From: Amphiscolops sp. MND2022
Lineage: Eukaryota
NCBI GenBank assembly: GCA_964187785.1
Contig: OZ076409.1
Span: 14,386,001 to 14,450,000, forward strand
Reading direction: 5' to 3'
Length of the DNA stretch: 64,000 nt
Below, one piece after another: positions 47,320 to 58,278 of the stretch; within the stretch, counting starts at the first letter, position 1; the number at the start of each line of letters is the position of its first letter. The position numbers and the translations under genes were made by a program. Under the pieces are notes generated by a model. It worked only from the letters and a program-made list of their open reading frames with translations, did no database searches and was not told where the DNA came from.

Positions 47320-48032
47320 TGTAACGTCCACCAGTCAACACCAAATTTTCGATGAAAAATTCGATCAAGAACCAAAAAATGTGCGAATCAAAATGGCCGA
47401 CCTGGCAGGTCCTTAAAGCCCATAAAAAATGAAAGAGAGAACACGTGAACAAGAAGAACGACAAGAGATGATAAAGAAGTAGGCGACTGACGACATGAAG
47501 ATCCACACGTGACAGAATTCGAAGAACGCTACCCGGTGCTATGTCATCCCTGGGAAAGCAGAGCCATTCTAGAACTACATGACTGGATCCCCGAAAATCT
47601 ACAAACAGTAACTCTATTTCCACTCGGGGCTTATCCCCCTTTATTTTGTTAATTTATATCAGAGCGTTTTGTTATTTTTCCCATGCCTGACCTTCTAGGT
47701 CGGCATTTCATGCCCATAACTGTCGAAATGAGATTTTTCGGATAAACACCTTTTTGGACCTCGGAAGTATGTAGGGGATAGCAGGAACGCGCTAAAAACC
47801 TTAGGATACGTTTTTACAGGCTTGTGGGGCGTGTCCGGACTTTGAGAGTGCCGGCACGTCGCCTCGGAGCTCTAATTAGAGGAGTCTCCTTAGACGTTAG
47901 AAAAGTCCCCCATGGAGACCATTTTGGGATCAAAAACTAGTGTCTAGGTATGTAGTAAGACAACGGTCTCCTGTTTAAGCATCCTAGGCATTGTCCCTCT
48001 TCCTAGATGTGCGCCGCTAGCCGGACGTTACA
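47320..48032 (+). repeat. 3' LTR of the giant Gypsy element
   Basis: Direct repeat of 28935-29647. Confidence 0.98.
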
Positions 48033-50823
48033 TACAGAATTTAGCACCGAATCAATTTTGTTGGTAGCATTTGTTGTTCATAGTCTTTATGTATTAATTT
48101 GAGCTTGTTTGAGAAAAGTGCCAAGTTTTGTCATTTCGTTAATGGTTTGTAAGTTTTCAGAATGTTTTTCAGAAATAAGGCATCTCAAAATGGGAGTCAA
48201 AACGTGTCAAATGTTTTCCAGTTTTCAAAGGCTGTGTGCAATTTTTGAAAGTTTTCTTTGGAATAAGATTATTAACTACACTCGAGCGCTAACACATGTT
48301 GGCCCAAAATTATTCCAGGGCACAAAATATCCCGAAGCTCAGCTCAGCTGGCGTTGTTCCCTTGAATCTCGTTGGTTTTTGGTTTTACAGTTCTTGCAAG
48401 ACAGCACGGCGTGATGGTTTGAAGATTCGGCTCTTGTGAGAGGACAAAATCTCCGAACGCTCTTTATTACCTTCTTTTTGTTCGTATGTACCACTGCGGA
48501 GACAACTGGAAGTTTTATCTTGTATTTAGTGAACGCTTTCAAACGAAAAATCCAGGTATCATTGTGAATATTTTAGGATACACGTCATTGGACCGATTTG
48601 AGTTTTCTTCATAGAAAAACTGACCTATTTTATTCCATAATAACAGACGTCAAGTCGTTCGAAGCTTGCAGTAAGCCGGGAACTTTCTTTGTTATTTTGA
48701 TTTCATGAAAACGGTTTGGTTAGTTTTACTAATTGATGAATTTGTTCACTTTTTTGGTACTTGTAACCCTAACTTTTTGTCGGCACTTTGGAACTAAAAC
48801 TTAGCTATTATTGTGGCTTTTGGTCGTTTTTTTTCAATCCTGTTAAAGTAGCTGAAAATTTTCTACAGAAGACATAATATCTGATGAGGTCCAAAAAAAC
48901 TCAAAGCATCCGTCCTTCAATTTTTGACATATTCTTATTACAAATCTCTGTTAGTTTTTTTATAGCATTCAATGCAACTTTTTTTGGAAACATTCTTCAA
49001 GTTCACAAAAAGTTTCTCGGTTTGGCTTTTCAAAATATTGAGAAAAGTAGGAAAAATTTTTTCTAGCCCAAATGATCCTACTGTTTTCGGCACTGGACTG
49101 TGAGGTTTTGATAACATTTTCAAAATCAGTTCTTCGACGTTTTGACGTATTTAGCGCCTATTGAACCTTAAGCTGAGCTCTGGCTTATGTCGTTTTTGTA
49201 TTGGTTGTCGAAAACTATCAATCAGTGTTTTGGAGTTTCTCAGAGAGTCTTTTATGCTCAAAATGTCATCAGTTTGTTCCTAAATGTTGATGTTTTCAGT
49301 TGCATGTCTTGCAAACAGCACCAACAAAGATGAAGCTTTTCCTGGTTAAGGTAGATTCAAGGAAGATTTTTAGTCTATGCATATGCTGACTTGATTGCAA
49401 AAAATTATTTGCGCGTAATCGTTAGGCGACAATGTTTGACAAACAGTGTACAGATACGTGTACTTATAATCTGTTTTTAGAATCTTCAGTTTGATTAATT
49501 CCGGCTTAAAATCGACAGAACAAGCTTTTGCCCAATGAAAGTTGACTATTACATTGGTTACTTGAGACATTCACTTTCTTTATGATTCTATTTTGTCTTT
49601 TAGTTACTTAATTTTTAGGATTTGCACCAATTTGCAAAGTTGAATCGAACCCTAGTTTAATCTGCAAGAAAAATCCGCTTGTTCAATAAGGTTGCCAAGC
49701 ACTTTTAGCATGCTTTTAGGAGTTCCATCGAAAATCATTCGTGCTGAATAATTCCCTGATGCAAAGCTAATTCTTCAGGTGTTTTTTAGTATTTCTATAC
49801 AATGTGGCGAGGTCTGTGAGAAGCATCCAAAAAGTTCAAAACGAAATTTGCGCGAATTTTCGCTAACCTTTACGGTCAAAACCTCATGTTCTGCAAAGGA
49901 GACACTAATATTCAAAATATACAATTTTCTAGGTGTGCTAAACGGGATACAAAATAAAATTCGTAGTAAGAAAATGATTGGAAAAACTAGATAATTACAG
50001 TTTCAGCTTCATTTTAAAACAAACTTTTTTGAACCATATTTGTGAATCACTTTTTTGCTTTGTGTACTTACCATTTGAACCACTTTGTGCGGACTCCGTT
50101 TTCGATTTTTGCAACAAGCGTATTCGAAAACTCACGATCTGAATTTGACAGAAGGCATTGTTGCTTCCCAATTGCGAAACATTGTTTGCCAAACATTGAA
50201 AGTGTTTTTTCCTATATTTGAACTTGTGTTCGCCCATGTTGAGCTTTCCTTGAGAATCTGTACAGATCTGTGAGCCTTTTTTCCTTAAGGATCTGTAAAG
50301 ATCGTGCCACTGCTACGTAAGGACAACTGCAGATCTGCAAGGATCTTTAAGGATGTTCAAGGATTTTCTGTACAGATCGTTCAGGAAATTTTTTCGCGTA
50401 GCTTCTGGGAAACAATGTATTGCATTTTTGGGCTTCTTCAACAAGTACTTTTGCTGACCAAGGCTCAGTCAGTTAAAAATCTCCCACACTCAAAATTCTT
50501 GAGCAGGAAAACTTGTCCCCATCAAGGTAATTTTGGTGTCTGGGGAAAGTTTGGTATAGGTTTTGCACGGTAATTTATCTATTTCACTCGAACTTTCCAG
50601 AAGTTGCTGTTCAACTTTGAGCGGCTCGTTTGGTATATTGACTTCGATTTGACGGATGTAATTGTACATGTGGCTACCGTCTGGGTTGGCAGAGGCGTTG
50701 ATAAAGGAATGTGGTTGTAATATTTCGGGAACATGGTTAGCTGGAGTAGTTTTAGTAATTGCTGGAAACTTAGAATACATTATAGTAATTTATTGGTCAT
50801 TTTTGCATGGTTAACTTACGACC

Positions 50824-51030
50824 AATCCTGGAATATCTGTCAGGATCTGTACAGATCTGTACAGATTCGCACAGCAACTTTTTTTCAAAACTTTAACTAG
50901 GAGGCGTGTGTATCAGGTAGAGCACTTTTTATTCAACTAATTTCAAATTCAAAACTGTTTTTTGACTAGTCAATGTTCGAAAAATCCTGGAATATCTCTC
51001 AGGATCTGTACAGATCTGTACAGATTCGCA
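50824..51030 (+). repeat. ~46-bp direct repeat containing palindromic ATCTGTACAGAT units
   Basis: aatcctggaatatct.tcaggatctgtacagatctgtacagattcgca occurs at ~50824 and ~50983. Related GATCTG units occur at 50255-50380. Confidence 0.7.
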
Positions 51031-52889
51031 GGGAGTGCTCAACATGGGCGCTTCATATTTATCATGATTTTATTTTCCGTTTTTTGTCGCCAACAGTGGA
51101 AGTTTCAGCTCTTCCAAACAATTTTAGAAGAATCAGCGTTTCTAGCCCACTTACAATATTCACATGAAAGTTTTATATTTCGCGTTTTTCCGTTAGAAAA
51201 AAATCTGTTTCAAGGACTTTTTTCAAAAGTTCTGTGAATTGCATTGACTTTTTCCAACCTGCCGTGAATTGCTACCAGGGCATTTCGAGCAGCAGTATAT
51301 TTTTATAAGTTTGAATTTTATAATTTTATAACAAATCACCCAGTATACAGGCCTGAAGCATGTAAAAAAGCCCTTCCATTTCCGTTTAGGAAGCGTTTAA
51401 AGTTTTTTGAATATTCCAAACATGGTATCAATTTTGCCTTTACATAATTCTTCGTGGTATTCTCTGGGATTCAACATTCCAAAATCTCCCCCAAATAATT
51501 TCCACTTTCCGGTCGGCGTCTCTCTGGGTTGATCGTGGGTTGTTTAATCTCAAATTTCTTTGAAATTTACATCAATATTGATAGAAAGTTGATGTTTTGA
51601 AAACAAGTATTGGCTGCATTGAATCTCCTAGAACGATGTAGGGATAGAACCTAGAATTTGCTTTAGTCCTCTATTTTTTGCGAAGTTTTTTTTATTGCTT
51701 CTATGTTGACAAAGTTATAATCTCTAACACGGAGACCTAATTAGTTGCATCGGCTGCTCTCGGCTCGGGGAATGAGCTGACTTGAAAGAATGGCTAGTCA
51801 ATGAAGCAAGGACAGTTAATGGTTGGGATAGAATTATTCCACCCACAGAAAGTGACTGACGTGCGCTTGGGTCTGTCCCCTCCCACAAAGATTAATCCCA
51901 GGGGGTGTCCATCCTAGTCGAATTCCGCCTTCCCTGGTTGGGATTGCTTGAACTTTTTACAAGTTTTTGGTTACCAAGCTGATTTTTCATGATTTTATAA
52001 AATTCTCAAGGAAACGTCCATGCGTATATATTTCACTGATTCCATCAATTTTATCATGCTGCCTATAAAATGCATCCGAAATTTACCATTCTTCACCATC
52101 TCAAATAGGCAACAGCTCGTATCTGCTTTTTCACGGTAGTGAAATTCATCTTCCGCCGAAGAATCACTCAAGCAACTATGCGAATTGATGCAAAGCAGAA
52201 AGCAAACTAATCCTTTTCAATTATCCTGGGAAAAGAAGCTCCTAGATGAGTAACGATGGTGCTTGGGTATTTCTTGGTAGTTTCAAAAAAAGACGTTGTT
52301 TCTACCTGAAACACAGTACTTTTCAAACACACTAAAATGTAAACAGTGGATAATCAAATCAGGAAGCTTCACGCAAATTTGAGGGTACAATTGGGGCATT
52401 GGAAGTTTCTCAAGAGGGGAGTTATCGGCAAACTTCCGGACCCTAATCTCTAAAAAATCTTCAAGCTTCAGATATGACGTAACAAGTCAGATTACGCTTG
52501 CGATGTTTATTTACTTTCATACCATCATTGTAAACACGCGTTTTTAGGTCAAAACTTCCTATCGGAAATTGCTATCTGAAATCTTTTGACAGTTTATACA
52601 AGGTATGATTCTACAAATGAGCACATCCTAAATCTCTCTTGATAATTACAGCGTTGACTTTTTAGAGACAGGATGTATGAAATTTCATTTCCTGATGCAA
52701 TTCATCTACCGTTCTAAACGGAGGCAACATTCGCGCAACAAAATTGGGTTACAAGAGATCAATGTATAACGATGATTGAGAAGAGTTATTTGACAGGTCG
52801 TGTCTCCTGAACCTGTCACTTGGTGGTGACAAAATGATGTGCTAGAAACCAACCAATGCCCTTATAGTAACTATGGTGGTTTCCCAACT

Positions 52890-53147
52890 AACATAAGAGC
52901 AAATAATATAAAGAAAAAATTATTATCAAATAACATAAAATTGAAATAAGTTTCACTGAATATAAAAATAAAATTGTTCACGAGAAAGTTTTAGTGGTCA
53001 AAAGCATTCACACATCAAAAGTATCACTGAAAAAAAGTATGAAAATTCCAAATAAAATTTCGTGAGTTCGATTGTTTACGGGATATTCGGTTTTATTTTC
53101 ATGTTAAATGGGAATAATTTCGTTTTTATGTTATTTGCTCTTATGTT
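52890..53147. mobile_element. Foldback/MITE-like inverted repeat
   Basis: AACATAAGAGCAAATAA (52890) is the exact reverse complement of TTATTTGCTCTTATGTT (53131-53147). Imperfect pairing continues about 55 bp inward. Confidence 0.6.
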
Positions 53148-54058
53148 ATTTGCTACGTAATAGTAATTATTGTCAGCTGAAATAAACATATAGGCCATAC
53201 TAGAATGCAATCTTTGACGTAGTTTAATTTTCATGTTTTTGTGAAGATTTAATAGTTGGCGCTTGTTTTTTCCCGAGGTTTTTGTCCGTCTTAGTTGGTA
53301 TAAAATATACACGACTGAGTTTTAGTTTTCCTTCAGTTGAAAAACAGTCCAAAACATCTTAGAACTCTTGCAAAGATCTTGCATATTCTTACATATTCCC
53401 GTTCTTTACATATTCCTGAAGGCATTGATGAAATTGTGTTTATTCTTGGTTGACATAATCCCCTTAATTTCTTGAAATTTATTAAAAGAATTATATAAAA
53501 AGTGCCAAGAACATGAATATTATGCAGAACAAACAATTTTTTAAATTATAGCCATTATGTTACTATTCTCAGTACCAGCTACACACACTATCATTATCTG
53601 ACGTTTTGCTTGAACACCCAAACAAAAATTCAAATTTCCCGCTGTGATTGCTCAGTTGGTATCCTGAACATCTGTGGCATAAAAGGTACTCTGATCAAAT
53701 TTTAGTGCCGACTGTTTTCCTTTGTTTCGATGCCTTTTCATCGAAGGTTTTTCTTCAAACTTTCCGGAACATCTTGCAATGTATTGGGTGAAAATCCTGA
53801 AAAAATTAGTAGCCAGTGTTTCACGAAAAATTGCAAACTGCTGATCAAGAGTATACAGAAAACCGCTCCAGACAAACGCGCCCTGGTCAAAAACATTCGA
53901 AAATCACAGCGAAATGCATCCCAATCAGCCATGCCTCGAACAGAAATGTCTTACAAAACCTTGAGTTGTTGTTTTGTAGCACAGAATTCAATTCAAATGC
54001 ACATACACAAAACACATGAGCCCTGCTTTTGAATACCTAGGTGTAGAAAATGAGTCAG

Positions 54059-54856
54059 TGTAACGGGACCCCTGGTACAGCGATTTCGCAACTTCGACAT
54101 GTTCAGAAATTTTGTCAAAAATTCTAATTCGATGTGCGTTCTCGCTCGGTCTTGCTCGGTCCTCATTTTGCATTGAAAATGGCGAAAACAGCGAAAAGCA
54201 TGTGATTGCTCTTTTCGCTGTTTTCGCCATTTTCAATGCAAAACGAGGACCGAGCAAGACTGAGCGAAAACGCAGAGAACGAAAAAGCTTGGGGGCTTAG
54301 AAAAACTCTGAAAAAAGACTCTTTCTCAGGTGCTAACCCTGGTTTTCTTTGAATTTAGCATCATGCTAGCTTAAGTAGCGGAAACCAGCAAAATGAGTCC
54401 TGTAGCCTAATTATCCTTTTTTGGTGCTTGGAGTCCCTGCGCCCCAGCTTTTAGCTGTGTGGTTTGCCATATTCGTGCCTGTTCTGATGTATTTTCACTG
54501 GTTTTAACTAGCTCGATCGCTAGTTTTGGCAGGCTTAGACCTTATTCCCCATTTTAGAACTTATTTCCCATTTCACCCTTCAATTGGAAAATTACCTTAT
54601 TCTTGGCATTGTTTTTATGTGCTAGTTAACGGTGGTCTTTAGAGAGTCAGGAAGATGCCCGTTACTATTAGCAATCAAAGACTATGACCGGTTGTACAGT
54701 ATTCGTCGAAGCACCCACGGTCTCGGAACGTATTTGACCCCTGGAGGCAAAATGGATCTGTGGCGATGGGCGCCTCTCCCGAGCGATTTATCCATTTCTG
54801 CAGGTTCCTCCACCTCTGTTAGCGTGTCAAGCGACCGACAACAGCTTGCCGTTACA
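54059..54856 (+). mobile_element. Solo LTR (798 bp) of the same Gypsy lineage
   Basis: TGTAACGG...CCGTTACA termini, similarity to LTR 443-1172, CAG on both flanks, no adjacent PBS or PPT. Confidence 0.85.
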
Positions 54857-55699
54857 CAGCATTATAATTGAAGAGGCACTTTTCAGAAACCATCCGAATT
54901 TCTCGTTGGCAAAAATCATTGAAACTCAAAGTTTATTGAATTAATTGCGATCCAAGGTATAAAGGCCCTGGTCAAAAGCGTTTTTATACAGTCATTAACA
55001 CCCCAGTCGGAAAAACCCCAAAAAGAACCATCCCGCTAAAACTCAAGTTGGGTGCTGATTGTAGAACTTGATTCAATATCAATGCGAAAATCCTTCTTGA
55101 ACTGCCGAGTCACGTAATTGCATCTGTGTAAATCGAATCAATCTTTCGATTAAGTAGATGAGAAAAGTGTCAACCTTAATCACTGCTTTTTTCATCTGGG
55201 TCAAATTGCTCACCGCCAAAAACAGCGTGACCTGACACAAAATGTTGCAACGGCATGTAGCGTAATCATAAAATTTAAATGTTCGCTTGTCTAGAACGTC
55301 TGACAGTAGAAATAACGTTCTAGGCTTCGATAACCTTCAAATTATCGCGAGGTCGAATGAACAATTCAAACACAGCTGGATAACGCACAAAGTATATGAC
55401 AAATGCTGCGGAGAAAAGTGATCCATACGTTTCTTATCGAGACATGGAACAGCAAACAGCGGTCATTTCAAGGATAACCAGGAAAAAATATCCTGAAGAA
55501 AGTTTGTCTTATTTTCTAATACCCGACACTGTAGTTTCTTCAAAAAGGTTGCAAAGCTCAAGAATGAACAAAAATTCAGTGAAATTGCAAGAGCATTTGC
55601 CAGTTAACAGAATGTCCCAATTTGACTGACGTATATGTAATGAAAATGGAATCGATTTGCATTAGTTCAAAGGTATTACAAGGAATACTTCAACTTGTT

Positions 55700-56608
55700 C
55701 CCAGAAACATGTGGGAAACGTAGGAACGACACTAGTACAGAGCCCAGAGGGCTAAAAAAGCTATAAAAATATTCTACGACCCTCCCTTTAGCTCTTCCTA
55801 GATCCGGACCTAACAGGGTCGGAAAGCAGAAGTTGCTCCTACTTGTACGCAAAATGAAAAAAATCCCTCTGTGGTCGCCATAAAAACTATTCCAGATGTA
55901 ACGACCGGCTAGCGACGCACATCTAGGAAGAGGGACAATGCCTAGGATGCTTAAACAGGAGACCGTTGTCTTACTACATACCTAGACATTAGTTTTTGAT
56001 CCCAAAATGGTCTCCTAGGGGGACTTTTCTATCGTCTAAGGAGGCTTCTCTAGTTAGAGCTCCGAAGCGACGCGCCGGCACTCTCAAAGTCCGGACACGC
56101 CCCACAAGCTTGTAAAAACGTATCCTAAGATATCCAGCACGTTCCTACGACTTCCTACATACTTCTGAGGTCCAAAAAGGTGTCTAGCTTAAGGACATTG
56201 TAATTGATGAATAAGTTCTAAAATTGAGACCTAGTAGGTCCAACATCACCCAAATACTCAATAAATGACAACAAAATACGGGGATAAGCCCCAACAACAT
56301 TACAGTTTAGGGTTCTTCATCGACTTGGCCTCTGGGATCATTCTTCACTTTCGGGTGTCTTCTCGGAGAGATGGCACAACATTCCGATTGGGTTGATCTT
56401 TTCTTCTACTGGATTCTCTTTCGTTTCTCTCGCATTCTTCTTCTCGGTATTTTCTCACGTGCTTTCTTTTTTGCTCTGCTTTCGCGCACTTTTTTCTCTC
56501 GTTCACGTCTTGGTACCTGCTAGGTCGGCCATTTTGAATGTGCTGTTTTGATATCGCACATTTCGAAATTTCCATCGAAATTTTGTCATGCCGGCGGCTG
56601 ACGTTACA
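55700..56608 (-). mobile_element. Truncated sister-family copy of the giant Gypsy element: 5' LTR (55897-56608), PBS and ~200 bp of leader
   Basis: The reverse complement aligns closely to about 29360-29845. The LTR 5' half is diverged but keeps TGTAACGTC and TCAAAATGGCCGACCT. Confidence 0.92.
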
Positions 56609-58050
56609 CTCAAAAAGCTGATAAAACTTTGGCATTCCTGAGCATGAAAAAACAATGTTGCATTTACCCTCTTTGTTTTCTTGCGTCTTGTTGAATCAAA
56701 ATGAACAAAATTGCGCAAATGTTTTCTTTTTTCCTCATTACGAATGTTAGAGTTCTTAAATTTGACACCTTCTTAAATTTCGTTGTCTCCCACCTAAAAT
56801 CAGAACTATCCCCCCTACAAACGGATTGATGTTTCTGGGAAAATGACTTGAAGCTCTTCATTGAAAACTGTTCATGTAATTAGTATGGAATTCAAAAATT
56901 CATTGTCTTGGACTAAAGATCTGACCACTGAGCAAAAAAGCATTTTTTCCGAGATTTTTGATTGGCCTGAAGAATCAGCATTTTAATTTCAAAATATCAT
57001 TAAATAATCATAATTGACATCGCGCCCAGACGTTGGATTGTTTCGTGAGACGAAACAAAGAGATCAAACCTTGAGACACATTCGATTAATGTTTTTTTTT
57101 TTCACTTTCCATCTATTTGTGTGAAACAATGCACTTCTTTAACTGATCTACTTTCTCTACTTTGACTTTTTGAAAAACCATCATACTGAACAGTAACTTC
57201 TTTTGCTAGTTTACCAGCTTTGTAAGAAACACAATTGACAACTGACTTGCATTTTCATCATTTTCGATTCGATACAACTTTGACATGCAATTCAAATAAT
57301 TCTCGCACCCAGAAAAAACTATTTTTCACTTGAAAAAGATGGAAAACAGAAGAAACAAGAGAACCCAAAGACTCGATAGCACTTCACCAAAAAAGATGTG
57401 AGTACAATAGAAGCGAGGCCCCCAAGTCAAGGTGATGAACTTTTAGCTTACAATAATGATTGCATGCCAAGAAAGTTTAGATGAGAATGACATAACGTCG
57501 CATTAAACTGAATTATTGCTAGCCAAATTAGCAACGAGTTACAAGAAGTGTGGAGCCAAATCATCGAACAAAAGAATAATGAAAGGAATGGAAGAGCGAC
57601 AATTGAAAATTGAAATAGAAGACAAATTTGAAATCATAGTTGAATAGCTTGCATCGAATTAAGTCGGCATCCAAAAAGGAGCAGTGTAATAGAGTTTACG
57701 CATCGGGAAATGATAATATTGATTCAAAAATTGCATCTTTTCGCTCCAACCCTCAGAAAAAAGAGAATCAAGGCAACCTGAAACACCCGCATATCTGAAT
57801 AAACTGAATTTAGACGAAACATAAATCATGAACAACCCCCGCAAAAGGAATATTACATCAATCCTTCCCAAAAAATTCAAGTGTTTTAACACTGTTTGTT
57901 TTTTTTCAATCAGGGTTGAATTTAGACGTTTTTTGAATCAAAATTTCCTAATATTCTGCTCGAAAAAGCGTGAAACTTTTGCGAACTCCGAATTTCAAGA
58001 AAGCGGACCGATAATTCTTTCACGAAATATAGAAAAATTCAGGAGGTTTC

Positions 58051-58253
58051 TGTAGAGGTGAAAGTTACATAGTCTAGACAGACTTAATTGAACATTCAAG
58101 TACCTGCCTATGAACTATAAAGTACATCCTCATCATTTAGTAGTTGCCTTCGATGCTATATGGATAGATACTGATACTCTAGTACTCTTTGCTATAGAGA
58201 ACATTCTCTTCTTAATTTGAACTTCTTAATTCTATCTTTTCTGCGAGTCTACA
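58051..58253 (+). repeat. 5' LTR (203 bp)
   Basis: Matches 63811-64000 with one mismatch seen. Confidence 0.95.
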
Positions 58254-58256
58254 ACA

Positions 58257-58270
58257 TGGCGCAGTCAGCA
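58257..58270 (+). promoter_or_regulatory. Primer-binding site (tRNA-Ser-like)
   Basis: TGGCGCAGTCAGCA lies 3 nt after the LTR and resembles the complement of the tRNA-Ser 3' end. Confidence 0.65.
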
Positions 58271-58278
58271 ATTTGAAC

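Larger units (their letters stand above)
28935..48032 (+). mobile_element. Full-length giant Ty3/Gypsy LTR retrotransposon (19,098 bp) with two intact long ORFs
   Basis: 713-bp LTRs (TGTAACGTCC...GGACGTTACA) with one mismatch seen (G29125 vs T47510), PBS, PPT, PR-RT-RH-IN domain order, and TAC on both flanks. Confidence 0.98.

Noticed and set aside
48881..48910. Hammerhead ribozyme (CTGATGAG...)
   Set aside because: No stem II closing onto GAAA and no recognisable stems I or III.
49300..52400. Minus-strand relics resembling a transposase (HFQCLANN) or a LINE C-terminal zinc motif (C...EDEFHY...C)
   Set aside because: Matches are only a few residues long and lie in broken frames. A translated profile search would be needed.
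48032..56608. Inverted LTR pair (47320-48032 vs 55897-56608) as the ends of one DIRS-like or composite element
   Set aside because: The inverted copy is a separate, diverged subfamily with its own PBS and leader. There is no tyrosine recombinase or shared TSD.
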